64,000 nucleotides of DNA from Octopus vulgaris. Lineage: Eukaryota. Under the pieces are notes generated by a model that did not search any database, had not been told where the DNA came from, and was given only the letters and a program-made list of their open reading frames with translations. The stretch is from contig OX597829.1 of NCBI GenBank assembly GCA_951406725.2, positions 45,136,001-45,200,000 on the forward strand. Reading direction: 5' to 3'. A program made the translations under genes and the position numbers. Shown one piece after another: positions 1 to 14,215 of this stretch (position 1 is its first letter; the number at the start of each line of letters is the position of its first letter).

Positions 1-191
1 AATTATATATATAATTATAACAAAGGATTGGCTATAGGCCTGTCCACGTGCTGGAAAATAGACGCCAAAAGACACTATTACCACTTTAAAATCTCCGAGA
101 ATAACACAGGCGGGCAAAAGAAAGATAATAGACTTATTCAGCGAGTGGAGAGGCTTATAGCGAACCCCTTGTTATAATTATGTATATAATT

Positions 192-408
192 AAGGCGGCA
201 AGCTGGCAGAAACGTTAGCACGCCGGGCGAAATACTTAGCGGCATTTCATCTGCCGTTACGTTCTGAGTTCAAATTCCGCCGAGGTCAACTTTACCTTTC
301 ATCCTTTCGGGGTCGATAAATTAAATTCCAGTTGCGTATTTGGGTCAGTGTAATTGACTGGCCCCTTTCCCGAAAATTTCGAGCCTTGTTCCTGGCATAG
401 TAAAGACT
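192..408 (+). mobile_element. tRNA-headed SINE, family B
   Basis: AAGGCGGCAAGCTGGCAGAAACGTTAGC head, B-box-like GAGTTCAAATTCC, core CTTTCATCCTTTCGGGGTCGATAAA; more than 10 related copies in the window. Confidence 0.8.
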
Positions 409-487
409 AATGTATATGATTATAAAATATTTGTAAAATTTACCTATAAGGTTTTTTTTTCCGTACTGACCACCTGGTAAAATCATT

Positions 488-1522
<1,035 letters not shown>

Positions 1523-1530
1523 AATACACA

Positions 1531-1563
<33 letters not shown>

Positions 1564-1579
1564 TGAAATATCGATCCTG

Positions 1580-1872
1580 AACGTGCGTGGCTTAGTGGTT
1601 AGAGGTATTCGGCTCACGATCTTGAGGTCATGAGTTTGATTCTCGGCGGCGCGTTGTATCCTTGAGCAGGACACTTTATTTCACGTTGATCCGGTCCACT
1701 CAGCTGGCAAAAATGAGCTGTGTCTTGTCACATATTGAATGTCACGTTGAATCTCCCTAAATACAGCGTCAAGCGTATGCGTGTCTGTGGAGCCACTTCT
1801 TCCACGTTAGCTTCACGAGCTGGCTGATCCGGATCAACTGCAAACCTCGACGTTGTAACCGACGATGTGCCA
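1580..1872 (+). mobile_element. tRNA-headed SINE, family D (CORE-like body)
   Basis: A-box TGGCTTAGTGG, CCTTGAGCAGGACACTTTATTTCAC body; tail homologous to 40100-40430. Confidence 0.75.
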
Positions 1873-2030
1873 GTATATATATATATATCTTGACGCAAAC
1901 TGGTTCACTTAGGTCAACATGGAAATGAAAGTCTCAATCCCGTGAACTGGAAGCGCATTGTGACCAGCGGTGTATAACGGCATTTGATGGTCCGGTTGAT
2001 ACTGGAATAATGTAGTGTATGTGTATGTAC

Positions 2031-2078
<48 letters not shown>

Positions 2079-2093
2079 CAGAGACAGAGACAC

Positions 2094-2143
<50 letters not shown>

Positions 2144-2345
2144 GTCAGTTCGCTTCGAGTCAAGCTAGTTGAAAGATCTTGAACGAAGCTGAACAGAAAA
2201 CTATGCCCGGTTGCATATGCGACTGCCTATACTCTGTACAGTGGAAACACGGGTAGGCCGCTGTGTTTGACATTGTAGTGACTACAAAGACACGTACTAT
2301 GGGAGATATCAAGTATGCTTTATTAGCGATGAAGTAGGTAATCCA

Positions 2346-2680
2346 TTACAAATGTTCAAAGTGTTGGCCATGTAGCTTTAAACCAGTGTTCTTACGGAAT
2401 TTGAAATTGCGATGAACCCACTCAAATAGTTCTTCATTGCCGTTGACTTGTTCACACGCTTCAACAATTCTTTGAAGATGACCTTGGTCACGATCCTTTT
2501 CAAAATACACAAGGGATTTAATGTAGCCCCAGAAGAAAAAGTCCATGAGAGTTAAATCTTGTGACCGTGGTGTCCATTCAATTGGCCCGCGACGCCCGAG
2601 CCATCTTCCTGGAAAATGTTCATTCAGAAAACCACGAACCTGTTATGCATAATGAAGTGGAGCCCCATCCTGCTGAATTC
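2346..2680 (-). pseudogene. Tc1/mariner transposase C-terminal relic, DD41D type
   Basis: Minus strand reads QQDGAPLHYA*QVRGFLNEHFPGRWLGRRGPIEWTPRSQDLTLMDFFFWGYIKSLVY; 41 residues between the 2nd and 3rd Asp; internal stop. Confidence 0.85.
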
Positions 2681-2759
2681 AGACAGGGTGTCCCCCCTCC
2701 AAATGAATGCACGTGAGGCATCATCTTGCTGCCAAGCATGTCCAGATACGAATCACTTA

Positions 2760-3730
2760 TCACAGAACCCTCATAATTAAAAAATGGTCCAATTATTTGG
2801 TTGTACCAAATCCCACACTACACCATTACCTTGACTCCGCCTTTTTTGATTATCTGCCCCCATCCATTGAGGATTAGTTTGTGAGTAATATCGGCAGTGG
2901 TGAAAAGAGATTAAAAGAAAAAAAGAGTTTTGCAATTTCACATATCGCAAGATGGTGCGTGACTTTATGGCCACTCTGTATATAACCCGCTCGCAATAAT
3001 GATAACAGCACTGTCGGCAGCCCCAACAACACCAGTGACAACAACATCCCCAGGCCCAGAACCAACGAGAAACGCACCGGTAATGTGAACACAGCCAGCA
3101 TCCAAACCTGTAAGTGCATCGAATCAGCTAGTGCGGCTTTCAATCGACTCTTATATAACCATCGGTCATCCTTCAGGGTCTCAGAAAGACGATTCTTCAC
3201 ATCCCTGGCCAGCTATGTGTGACACCTTCAAGATCAAGGACCCCACATGATATCAAGTGGAAGATCTTAGAACGGCCGGGCCCATACATCGACAGGTGCG
3301 AGCGCCGCAGGTTCTGCATAGTTGAAACAGCCAGAATACTTAAAGACTCAATTAGACCTGGCTCGCTGAATACTCTCCAAGAAATATTCTCACAATGTAT
3401 CCATTTCAGGCGCTGCCTGGTGCAAAATCGGGATTCCCCATTTACTGATAAAGCTCATAAAAGTCCTTACGATCTGTTAGTAGGCCAAGAGGTAGATCCT
3501 TATTCCCAAAATTGGCTGGTCTAGGGGAGGGGGGATAACCCGTCCGCACCAACGCCGAACTTTTATTCCCTGATGACCTTTTGACCAATTAATTGACCTT
3601 AACAACACTCTATCTCCGAGAGATAAAGAGTTAAATTTGTCTTCATATAGTTTGATGAGCTATCCACAAAGCTGCGTCTTTCGTGGATGCGAAACCATTG
3701 GTCACTCTATGACCAGACCTTAACTTCAGT
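2760..3730 (+). mobile_element. Penelope-like element 3' fragment (GIY-YIG endonuclease C-terminus plus terminal region), decayed
   Basis: FNRLLYNHRSSFR...TSLASYV and IKWKILERPGPY...FCIVETARIL...LNTLQEIFSQCIH resemble the PLE endonuclease C-terminus; frameshifts and stops; followed by a hammerhead-like motif. Confidence 0.75.
3647..3710 (+). ncRNA. degenerate type-I hammerhead ribozyme in the Penelope terminus
   Basis: ATAGT-TTGATGA-GC(TATCCACAAAG/CTTTCGTGGAT)GC-GAAA-CCATTGGTC-ACTCTAT; core C changed to T; related remnant at about 16365-16400. Confidence 0.55.
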
Positions 3731-3750
3731 GTTTTAATAACATATATATA

Positions 3751-4138
3751 GGCGCAGGAATGGTTGTGTGGTAAGTAACCACATGGTTCCGGGTTCAGTC
3801 CCACTGCATGGCACATTAGGCAAGTGTATTCTACTATAGCCTCGGGCCGACCAAAGCCTTGTGAGCGGATTTGGTAGACGGAAACTGAAAGAAGCCCGTC
3901 GTATATATGTATATATGTATGTGTATGTGTGTATGTATACGTTTGCGTGTGTGTTTGTCCCCCCCCCCCCACACACACACACACAACATCACTTGACAAC
4001 CGATGCTGGTGTGTTTACGTCCCCGTAACTTAGCGGTTCGGCAAAAGAGACCGATAGAATAAGTACAAAGCTTACACTAAAAGCGGTGCTCCAGCATAGC
4101 TGCAGTCAAATGACTGAAACAAGTAAAAGAGTAAAAGA

Positions 4139-4140
<2 letters not shown>
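3751..4140 (+). mobile_element. SINE family A (tRNA head, CORE-like body, internal TA/TG microsatellite)
   Basis: GGCGCAGGAATGGTTGTGTGGTAAG...GGTTCAGTCCC...GGCAAGTG...GAAACTGAAAGAAGCCCGTC...GTAAAAGAG. Confidence 0.85.
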
Positions 4141-4174
<34 letters not shown>

Positions 4175-4767
4175 CACATACATGCATTCATTCATGCACA
4201 GTATCAATGTCCGGAGACAATCTCTCTCTAATGAACTTATACTTACCAGATACAGTGTGACGATGTGAATATATTAAATACAAATGAAATACATTGATAC
4301 TGACTGAGACAGAAACAATGTCTTGATAAGGATACTTAGTAGATATGATATGCCTGTGGCTTAAACGACCAGCTTGAGTCAGATTAGAATAAAGATAACC
4401 ACTTAAAATAACAGGCGGTCCATACTGACGGTCCAACAAGCATTAGTTCGCTTCGGTATAGTTTCTGCTTTCACATAAGCTCGTGGAAAAATCGGTCGAT
4501 CGAAACCGAGGTTATGGGTACAAGATATGAACATACTTGCCTAAAGTTGTCCGCGTTGTAGAATCGAACCTGAGAGTTCGTGGTTTGCTAATCGAGCATC
4601 TTAATCGTACAAGCCATGTTTGTACACTCAAGTACTCAAGATCTATCATATCAACAATCATGTTACATTCTTGCTAATTTCCTGTGCTTGCAATACAATA
4701 TTTACACAAACGTTTTCTGTTCAGGTTAATTCTTTTATTGGTTTCTTTTCTTTCTTTCTTTCTTTTG

Positions 4768-4799
<32 letters not shown>

Positions 4800-5661
4800 T
4801 TTTGTTTCTTTCTTTCTTTCTTTCTTTATTTATTTATTTAATTATCTATTTATATTTACCTAAAGCAGTAAATATCAGACTTAACATTAATTATACTTAC
4901 CAGATACATTAATTATTAATATGTAGAAGATATGAACAGTTATTACTGGTTTCCATTAGGGCAGATAGAAAGAAAAATAGACAAATAAGCTGTCAATGAG
5001 AGAGAGAGAGAGAGAGAGAGAAAAAAAAACGACAAACAGACAGACAGGTAGGTAGGTAGGTAAGTAGGTAGGTAGGTAGGTAGGTAGGTAGGTAGGTAGG
5101 TAGGTAGAAAAAGCTAAGCACATATTTGTGTGAGAGAATGTGTGTGTGTGTGTTAACAGAATCGGCTAGTCACAATAGTATCACTTGCTGATTCTGAAAA
5201 TAACGTTAGGATACATGTCTGTGGAATACTCGGCCACTTCGCACACTCGTTCAATGAGTAGGTTGATCGAAAAACTGTCGAAAATCGAAAATCGAAATCG
5301 GGGTGCGAAGCCAATATATATTTGTTTGGGGTTTTTTTTTTATATGTGAAACGAGAACGAACCATGCGTGAATTAGAAAACGGTGACGAGTGAAAAAGTT
5401 TGTAAATAGAAAGATCCAGATCCTTCCTAGGATCTCTTCAGTTTGGCTCACAGATTTAAAAAATTTTTTTTTTAACTAAACAATTTGATATTTCGTATAC
5501 TGGTGTAATTTCTCACACTGAATACGGTTTACTTTCAACATTTTTGACAAAATTTTGTATTTTAGAAGAAGTTATTTCGGATCTCTTCAGTTTAGCTTAC
5601 ACTATGTTGATTATTGAAGAGTCATATATTAGGATTAGTACGAGTGGGAATCGAACCCAAT

Positions 5662-5700
<39 letters not shown>

Positions 5701-6076
5701 CGCGCGTGTGCGTGAAGTCGGTTTGCCAAGGGACTCAAATATCGGGCTCGCGTTTCTGTTGTGGCTTTGATATATGTACCAAGCAGCGAGACGTGTCCCG
5801 GAGTAAGGCACTTCTGCTTCATGTTGTTCCTCTAGGATAAAGGACAGAGCTCCTTTCCGAGTCATAGACTCATAAGGGCCGGATTTCTGTTTTCCCGGTG
5901 TATATATGCCCCACCTGGACAGGAAGCCGGTCCGTTGCAAGATTACTCATTTTTGCCATCTAAGTGGACTAGAGTAACAGGGAATGAAGGGTTTTGCTCG
6001 AGAACACAAAGCGTCGACCGGTCCAGGAATCCAAACCACAATCTTACGATTCAACACACTTACCACTATATATACA

Positions 6077-6927
6077 CAGGGTACGGTGAATATATTGTCG
6101 TCTAAATTACCCAAAAATGAAAATAACTCTGACAACTCGTTTGAACAGATATCTATTTACCAAAATTACATAAAAATGCCGGGAAATACTAAAGAGTAAG
6201 TTTATTTAACCACGGCCTCCAGACGACTTCGGAATCTCCTGCTACTCTGTTGGACAGTCTCCTTGTTTAAGTTAGTGAATGCTGCCATAATCCTTGCCTT
6301 CAGTTCCTCTTTGGAATAACAGGGAGTTTTGTTTGTCTCTTGCTCAACTGCGCCCCACATATAATAATCAAGGAGGTTACAGTCTGAGGAGTTAGGTGGC
6401 CAGATGTTAGGGGTGATGAGGTCGCAGAAATTGTCTGACAGCCATGACTGGGTTCTCTTGCTTATGTGGCATGGTGCAGAATCTTGTTGCCAGACATAGG
6501 GTCTTCCAGCAGCTACCCTCTTGACCCAAAGCAGCACTACCTCCGCCAGGCACTTGAGTCTGAGGCCGTGTGGGAAGCTGAATGGAGGCATAACGTCGCC
6601 ATCACTAGTGATCACTTCAAACACCATGATGTTGTCTGGATGTTTAATTTTTTTTATCAGTTTCACTACATGTCCTCAGATTGAACTGTCCTAAGATTGA
6701 CACCCAAAAACTCTAAAATGTTCGTATTGGAGCTTCCGGTGCGAATACCAAGTAGTACAGCATGTTGTTTTCAAACTTCTGGCTGAGTAAATTGCGTCAT
6801 GGTGCTCTTTTTCTCACAGACGGTGCCCAACTGACCCTACTATACTGTGTAGTTGACAAAATCAAAAACAATGTGCATGCGCAAAATTAAAAATATAAAA
6901 TGGTGACAATTTACCCATCACAACCTG
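6077..6927 (-). mobile_element. internally deleted Tc1/mariner DD37D (maT-type) transposon
   Basis: ORF 6202-6666 contains VWQQDSAPCH...WPPNSSDCNLLDYYMWG with 37 residues between the Asp residues; degenerate CAGG...CCTG termini with adjacent TA. Confidence 0.85.
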
Positions 6928-6933
6928 TATTTG

Positions 6934-6965
<32 letters not shown>

Positions 6966-6969
6966 TTCT

Positions 6970-7146
6970 TCCCTGGACTGGACGCCGGAACGTCACAGGA
7001 ACAGACAGGTACAACTCATTTTTACCCGCTGAGTGGACTGGAGCAATTAAGTGTTTTGCTCAAGGACACAACACATCGTCCAGTCTAGGGATTGAAGCCA
7101 CAATCTTACGATCATGACTCCAACACCCTAACCACAAAGCCACGTG
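6970..7146 (-). mobile_element. SINE family D-type copy, decayed
   Basis: Reverse complement carries the tRNA head and CCTTGAGCAAAACAC...GCTCCAGTCCACTCAGC; a similar copy lies at about 5830-6068. Confidence 0.65.
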
Positions 7147-7252
7147 CTTTCACTGTTACTTCACTCTTCTCAGTGAAAATGCAAAAGAAACAGAAGGCGA
7201 CAGAGAGGAAAGATTGGGGGGGGACCTGAGCAAATTTCAAGTTCGTATTTTG

Positions 7253-7635
7253 GAGTGGCTGTGTGATAAGTAGCTTGCTTACGAACCACATGGTTCCGGG
7301 TTCAGTCCCACTGCGCGGTACCTTGGGCAAGTGTCTTCTACTATAGCCTTGGGCCGACCAAAGCCTTGTGAGCGGATTTGGTAGATGGAAACTGAAAGAA
7401 GAGCCCATCATATGTGTGTGTGTTTGTGTGTCTGTGTTTGTCCCCCCACCACCACCACCAACATCGCTGGACAACCGATGCTGGTGTATTTACGTACCCG
7501 TAACTTAGCGGTTCGGCAAAAAAGACCGATAGAATAAATACTAGGCTGACAAAGAATAAGTCGATCTGTTCGACTATATGCGGTGCTCCAGCATGGCCGC
7601 AGTCAAATGACTGAAACAAATAAAAGAATAAATAA
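7253..7635 (+). mobile_element. SINE family A
   Basis: Full-length homology to 3751-4140. Confidence 0.85.
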
Positions 7636-7939
7636 ATAACAACAAAACGTTCTGATTTTTTTTTAAACTCCTTAGCAAAGCAAATATTTCAGATCAAATT
7701 CCTGCATTATTTTGCTCGTCTCGTTTTTTATTGGGTTACTTTCTTCATTCCTTTTTTAGGTTTCTTTTTTCTTTAAACTTTTGCGGTTTTTCCCTTGTTT
7801 TTATTCTTTCATTTCTGCCTCTATTTATTTATTTATTTATTTACTAAATTCCGCTTTGTTCGTTCAATCAATTTCCACCACATGTAGCCATAACATGTGG
7901 CTATTAATTTTCTTTGCTTTAGTAAGAAAAAGAAGAAAA

Positions 7940-8095
7940 AAGATGATGATGAGGATGATGATGATGATGATGATGATAGTAGTAGTGGTGGTGGTTTTGA
8001 TGGCAGTGTTTACGACGAGATTGATGATAAAGAAGGCCAATATAATCATCACTATCACTACCACCACCATCATCATCATCATCATCATCATCATG
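7940..8095. repeat. compound (GAT)n/(CAT)n microsatellite
   Basis: Read directly from the sequence. Confidence 0.9.
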
Positions 8096-8282
8096 GCAGT
8101 TGTGATGCCAAATGTTGATTGATATCATTGTGTAAAAAAAAAAAGAGATCATATTCTCTGTTTTCCTAGCCGTGGGTATAAGTTTGTTTGACTTTTTTTT
8201 TATTACATTTACAGATTTTGCAGTTTAGAAATTTATTTATTTATTTAGTTCTTAAGATTTGATTTTTTTTTTTTTTAATATG

Positions 8283-8655
8283 GCGTAGGCGCGGCTGTGT
8301 GGTAAGAAGCTTGCTTCCCAACCACATGATTCCGGGTTCAGTCCCGCTGCGTGGCACCTTGGGCAAGTGTCTTCTACTATAGCTTCGAGCCGACCAAAGC
8401 CTTGTGAGTGGATTTGGTAGACGGAAACTGAAAGAAGCCCGTCGTATACATATATATATTTATGTGTGTGTGTGTGTGTGTTCATGTATTCCCCACCATC
8501 GCTTGACAGCCGATGTCGATGTGTTTATATCCACGTATCTCAGCGGTTCGGCAAAAGAAACCGATAGGATAAGTACTAGGCTCGATTTTTTCGACTAAAA
8601 GCAGTGCTCCAGCATGTCCGCTGTTAAATGACTGAAACAAGTAAAAGAATAAGAG
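8283..8655 (+). mobile_element. SINE family A
   Basis: Full-length homology to other family A copies. Confidence 0.85.
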
Positions 8656-8767
8656 AAATATATTTTTTCTTGCAATGTCAGCATCATCTCTAACCATCTC
8701 TCATAACTGCCACGCCACCAGTTTTAGCATTACCATTTATACACAAGCACATACACAAATGCATAGG

Positions 8768-9090
8768 AAGGAGCACTCCGTCGGTTAGGACGATGAGGGT
8801 CCCAGCTGATCCGATCAACGGAACAGCTTGCTCGTGAAATTAACGTGCAAATGGCCGAGCAGTCCACAGACACGTGTATCCTTAACGTAGTTATCAGGGA
8901 GATTCAGCGTGACACAGATTGTGACAAGGTTTGCCCTTTGAATTACAGGGACGACTCATTTTTGCCAGATGAGTGGACTGGAGCAATGTGAAATGAAGTG
9001 TCTTGCTCAAGGACACAATGCGTTGGTGGGAATTGAACTCACGACCTTACGATGGTGAGCCGAATGCTCTAACCACTAAGCCACGCGTCT
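8768..9090 (-). mobile_element. SINE family D
   Basis: Reverse complement of the 40100-40430 element. Confidence 0.8.
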
Positions 9091-9743
9091 TCAATACAAA
9101 CACATACACATGCATAAACACACACACACACACACACACAGACACACACACACACACACACACTCTATCTATGCATTTATATATGTACGTATATACGTGT
9201 GGGTGTGCGTACGAATGAAGAAATGCATATGAAAGAATTTTACACCAGTCCCTATGACGTATGAATTAATATTTTAGCTGAAAGTTAAATTATTTACGAA
9301 AGATTTATCGTTTCTCTTTGTGAATTGTTCAAGTAACGAGTAAAGAGGAGAAAACAATTTTCAACTTTTGATATATTGGGCGAAATGTGTTGATAGGTTA
9401 AAGAAACATAGAAGACTCAAATAGATGGTCAAAGAGAAGAGTGATAATGTTTGCTAAGTTTATGATGAAGAAAACCGTTAATATTTATGGGGGGAAACCC
9501 ATACTTGAAGTCTTTATATCTCATGTACATATGGAAAATTAAAATATTAATAATTTGAATGCTACGTAGGAAAGGGGGATGAATCTAATGTTATTAACAA
9601 ACTCGGTGAAAGGTTTGGTTTGAAAAAAGGAAGTGTGTGTGTGATATTCAGAGTTTCTGATTATTGATAGATGTAAATTACGACTTCTGAGTAGTGCTCT
9701 TCATAATGCAGAGGCAAGATAATCCTTCCTATAAACATTATAG

Positions 9744-10218
9744 GGATCTTTTCGGTTTGAACGGCAGTTTTTTCTAGCGGTGTCATATGAAATTGTCACC
9801 CATAATTATGACCCTAGAATCGATCTATTGCATTTCAATCTGTTTTAGGGTTAGGGTTAGATAGGGTTAGGGTTAGTTAGGGTTAGAGTTAGTTAGGGTT
9901 AGGGTTAGTTAGGGTTAGGGGTGGGGGAAGGGTATCTTTTTTTCTTCACAAATGTAAATAAACCCAATCTGTTTCTTAAACGAGGGACATATTCATACGG
10001 CACAGAATCTTTTCACCTCAATAGACGGTCATTAATTGGTTGAAATTGCAGAAATTAAAAAAAAAAAACCAACAAATATCTTACAATGTATAGAATTTTC
10101 TCAATAAAGCCAAGAGGAAAAGATGTTTTATAAACACATTCTACCAGTATACGAAGTTTAAAATTTTTTAGTTACCTAGAAATTATGTTAAAAACTGCCG
10201 TTCAAACCAAAAAGATCC
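9744..10218. mobile_element. MITE with ~30-bp TIRs, 8-bp TSD and internal TTAGGG-like repeats (Merlin-like)
   Basis: GGATCTTTTCGGTTTGAACGGCAGTTTTT ... AAAAACTGCCGTTCAAACCAAAAAGATCC; flanks CATTATAG/AATTATAG. Confidence 0.85.
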
Positions 10219-10567
10219 AATTATAGGAATAAAAACCGAAATTTGATGGGAGGGGATAGTCGTCTGTGTCGACTCCAGTGCTTGACTTGTACTCAGGGCC
10301 ATCTTAGCAGCATTATTGACTCCCGGGCAAAACAATGCACTTTTTTCTATAGCATTTATTTATTGACAGCAAGCCACAACAGAGATAGATCAGAACCGGG
10401 CACCTATAGCATTTATTTACTCACAGCAAGGAACTGCAGGCATAGATTCAAATTGGGTTCCAAAACCCATGAAACCCCTGGGCAACTGTCCAGTGTGCCC
10501 ATGCCTTAAGACTGTGCTGCCACTACTTATTTTTATTGACACCGAAATGGTGAAAGCAAAAAAAAAA

Positions 10568-10986
10568 TGGTGGTGAGCTGATAGAATCGTTAACACGCCG
10601 GACAAAATGTTGAGTGGTATTTCGTCTGCTGTTACGTTCTGAGTTCAAATTCCACCGAGGTCGACTTTGCCTTCCATCCTTTCGGGGTCGATTAAATAAG
10701 TACCAGTTATGCACTGGGGTCGATATAATCAACTTAATCCGTTTGTCTGTCCTTGTTTTTCCTCTCTGTGTTTAGCCCCTTGTGGGCAGTAAAGAAATAG
10801 GTATTTCTGTCCGTCATGATGCTCTCAGTTTCAAAATCCCCTGAGATCGACTTTGCCTTTCATCCTTTCGGGGTCGATTAAATAAGTACCAGTTACGCAC
10901 TGGAGTCGATGTAATCGACTTAATCCCTTTGTCTGTTCTTGTTTGTCCCCTCTGTGTTTAGTCCCTTGTTGGCAATAAAGAAATAA
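10568..10986 (+). mobile_element. SINE family B dimer with LINE-like tail
   Basis: Head-core-tail-core-tail; tail GTCTGTCCTTGTT...CCCCTTGTGGGCAGTAAAGAAATA. Confidence 0.8.
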
Positions 10987-11852
10987 ATATAATTAAAAAA
11001 AACAATGAATATTTTATAAAAATGTCCAGTGGAACAACAATTAAGAGAACAGAATTAATAAAGCTGAAATAGGATGAACTTCGATTGAGTGTCAAAGCTT
11101 GTTATTACATTGTCATATGAACTGTAATAAAAATTTTTTTAAAGTGCGGAGAAGCGAGATTTGGCTATTATTACATAAAAATAAATGCATAATGCATAAA
11201 AATAAATAGATGTACATAACGGCTATCTGTTACGGTTTATAGTTGGTTTGAAAAAATTTAAGACATTTGAAATTTCTGTGTCGGTTAATGCTCTTACAAT
11301 ACCTGTAATGGTATTATGGTCGGAGAGAAACAGGTTAAGTTTAGATAGATGGTGTTACCTAAATATGTCGCAAAATTAGCAGTGCAGCATGAAATTGTAA
11401 TGTAAATTTTGTAAAATATTTTGTAAGATATATATATATATTAAGGACGGAAATGTTTATTCAGCAAAGAATTGAATATTTTGATAAATAGTGTAACTGC
11501 AGATAAATTTCACAGCAGATTAAATCAGATTGTATTTCTTCCACTTTTGGTTTTTATTTTGTTTGTATTTGGAATACACTGCGGAAGACAGCATCGTTGT
11601 GGTTTAAAGATTGATAGACGACAGTGAAGTATTTTGATTAAATTATTTATAATGTTTGCCTCTGTGGTGTCGTATTTTCATTCCGTCTTCGGTAAAGATT
11701 CATGTCAAAGAAGACATGTTAAAGTTCTTCGATTGCAATATTAGTTTCTGTAATAACAAGTAGTTTTATATTTTTTTATCAAAAGTATGTAAATTCTTCT
11801 GAAACTCTTCGACTTCGGATGTGATGTGTTTCCTAGGACACAGGGCTATCTT

Positions 11853-12476
11853 TATTTTACTAAATTTGCCACAGAGAAGCTTGCGGGCTGGACACGGTCA
11901 TTAATGGGATGATGAATGATAATGATACAAGGATTATAAGGATGGGAGAAGACGAACAGCGCCCGCCGACTTTCGCTTCTCTAAAACATTGTTGTTGTTT
12001 TTTTTTAAATAACACACAGAGGCAATAAACCTCTTACACAGTTCAGTAAGGAAAAAACACAAAGGAGGCAATGATCCTCTTACTTTTTTACATTAAAAAA
12101 GGGGTCTTTTTGAGGTAATACACACCTCTTACACAAATTTACAATAATTCAGCTTTTCTGTCCGACCAGGCTCCTAGCTTCACTGAAGCACCTAGTCGGT
12201 TTCAAGCTTGAGCACTTCATCATATATTTGAAGGAGTCCGCCGAGAAGGAATTCATTATCCTGCACAGATCGGTCTCCCATTTGACCTCCGCAACCACCT
12301 GCGAAGGCCACTCAGGGTCCTCCGTACAGGACAGAAGCCCTTCCCACCGGCCCGGCCATTCCTTTCAATTTTGCCAATTACACTCTGCAATGTCCCTCCC
12401 TTGTGGAGGAGGACCACAAATTCCTCCTCCAGCGGCACACCCGCCGAAGGAGCATCGGGACACGCCGCCGGCAGCG
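11853..12476 (-). mobile_element. 5'-truncated retroposed insertion (LINE-like 3' end) with 17-bp TSD
   Basis: GGACACAGGGCTATCTT at 11836-11852 and 12477-12493; GC-richer, decayed coding-like segment; minus-strand 3' end runs into AATAAAGA. Confidence 0.6.
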
Positions 12477-13197
12477 GGACACAGGGCTATCTTATCAGCA
12501 GAAATGACCTTCAACATTAATTTTGATAAGCAGTTTAAGCTTATGTATAATATCGCTCACCTCAGTTGAACATTTTTCGCTACATGCTTATATCAAAATC
12601 CTGATCTTAATAACTTCTAAATTCGTTTTTACTATCTTCTCCACTTCTCTTCTACGATTACAGTACGCCTCTGCAGCTTTCATTCAGATTTATTCACATA
12701 TCCATATCTGACATAGAAATCCAAATCGTAATCACTTGTAACTAAATTCGTTCTTACTCTCTTCCCCACTTCTTTTCCGTTACACCTCTTCTCTACAGCT
12801 TTCACTCAACATTACTTACATATCCAGTGAGAGATATGTTATTCGATAATTTCTTGCAATATAGTTTATAATATCTTGCAATATATAGAAAGATATGTAT
12901 TATCTGGTAATTTCTAATCGCAATACAGACGCCACCAATTTATCAACCAGCGCTACTGTTAAATAATTCTATTTGATTGAAAAGTATCAAGCTTTTATTT
13001 CACTGCCAAAACAATTACTAATTATATTACATCAAGCCGTAGAACAATTTCTTGAAGATGCAATATTCACGTTGTAAAAAACAAAAGTATTGTATGCCAC
13101 TTTTTTTTTTATTATTATTAACTATCTCAGCTGTACTTTAAACGTTCCATTTTCAACTCAATTACAAATACCCGCTGAGTTGACGGAGTAACAGAAA

Positions 13198-13200
<3 letters not shown>

Positions 13201-13263
<63 letters not shown>
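13201..13263. repeat. (GA)n microsatellite
   Basis: Read directly from the sequence. Confidence 0.95.
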
Positions 13264-13266
<3 letters not shown>

Positions 13267-13527
13267 TGTCGCCATCACTCCATCTCAACGTTAGCAGAGA
13301 AAAGAAAACAATTACTTCCTTTAATAACCATAGTAGTTTAGAATATCAAACAAAGATTTCTCCCTTATTCAATATGTCATTCAACGCCTGTGAAGTCTTC
13401 AAAGGAGAAACCTGATTAGAAATTTTTATTCCAAGATAGTTTGCTTGACAAGGAAGCTGCAATGGTGAAATAAGTGGCGGAATAACAATTTAAGAACTAT
13501 TATGTACTATTATGTTTTATCTTATTT

Positions 13528-13795
13528 CGTTTCTTTATTACCCATAAAGGGCCGACATAGAGGAGACAGCAACAACATGATTTGGGGGTCATGTACAACG
13601 AATGATTGTTAAAAATTTAAAACGACAAAAAAATTATCAGAAAACGAATGAAACACAAAATACAAAAACATACTAAAAATAAAAACAGTATGAGGTTAAA
13701 AAAGAACAGGTAAACTCCGACCCCACGAGCCCTGTCCTTTTAACCGACACCTTTGGTAGTGCTTACGGCGTGCTCACACAGGGCCTTTCGCTCCC
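13528..13795 (-). mobile_element. 5'-truncated LINE-like 3' end with 19-bp TSD
   Basis: ATTATGTTTTATCTTATTT at 13509-13527 and 13796-13814; minus-strand 3' end ...CCCTTTATGGGTAATAAAGAAAC. Confidence 0.75.
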
Positions 13796-13818
13796 ATTAT
13801 GTTTTATCTTATTTGTTA

Positions 13819-14215
13819 CTAGCAGTATCACCCGGCGTTGCTCGGATTTGTAAGGGAAATAACTATATAAACATTTTTAGAGATGTAAAGTATAATAGCC
13901 ATCTCAATATGGCTAACCACAAAGGGGGGGTGTTACTGTAGCTTTTTACGTTCTGAGATTTAATAATAAATTTTTAGAGAGTTACTTCCCTTATATATGC
14001 CAAAAATGCATTAAAAATGGGAAAAATTGATGGTAATTTTTTTTTTTAAATCGTAGACTCATCGTAGACGCGCGCTAATACCCAGAAGGGCTCGATATGA
14101 ATCACGACTATAAGATACCCGGTTTTGGTTAAACTGCACCGCAAAATGTGGGAGTAGTTAGGAATCTAAATCGTAGGAGACAGACAGCACACAACCTCAC
14201 TTTTATATATAAAGA
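13819..14215 (-). mobile_element. non-autonomous Helitron
   Basis: Minus strand has 5' TCTTTATATATAAAAG, a subterminal hairpin (CCGAGCAACGCCGGG) and 3' CTAG, inserted between A and T; homolog at 33225-33625. Confidence 0.85.

Noticed and set aside
9845-9925. Telomere or chromosome-fusion scar
   Set aside because: The TTAGGG units are internal to a TIR- and TSD-bounded MITE.
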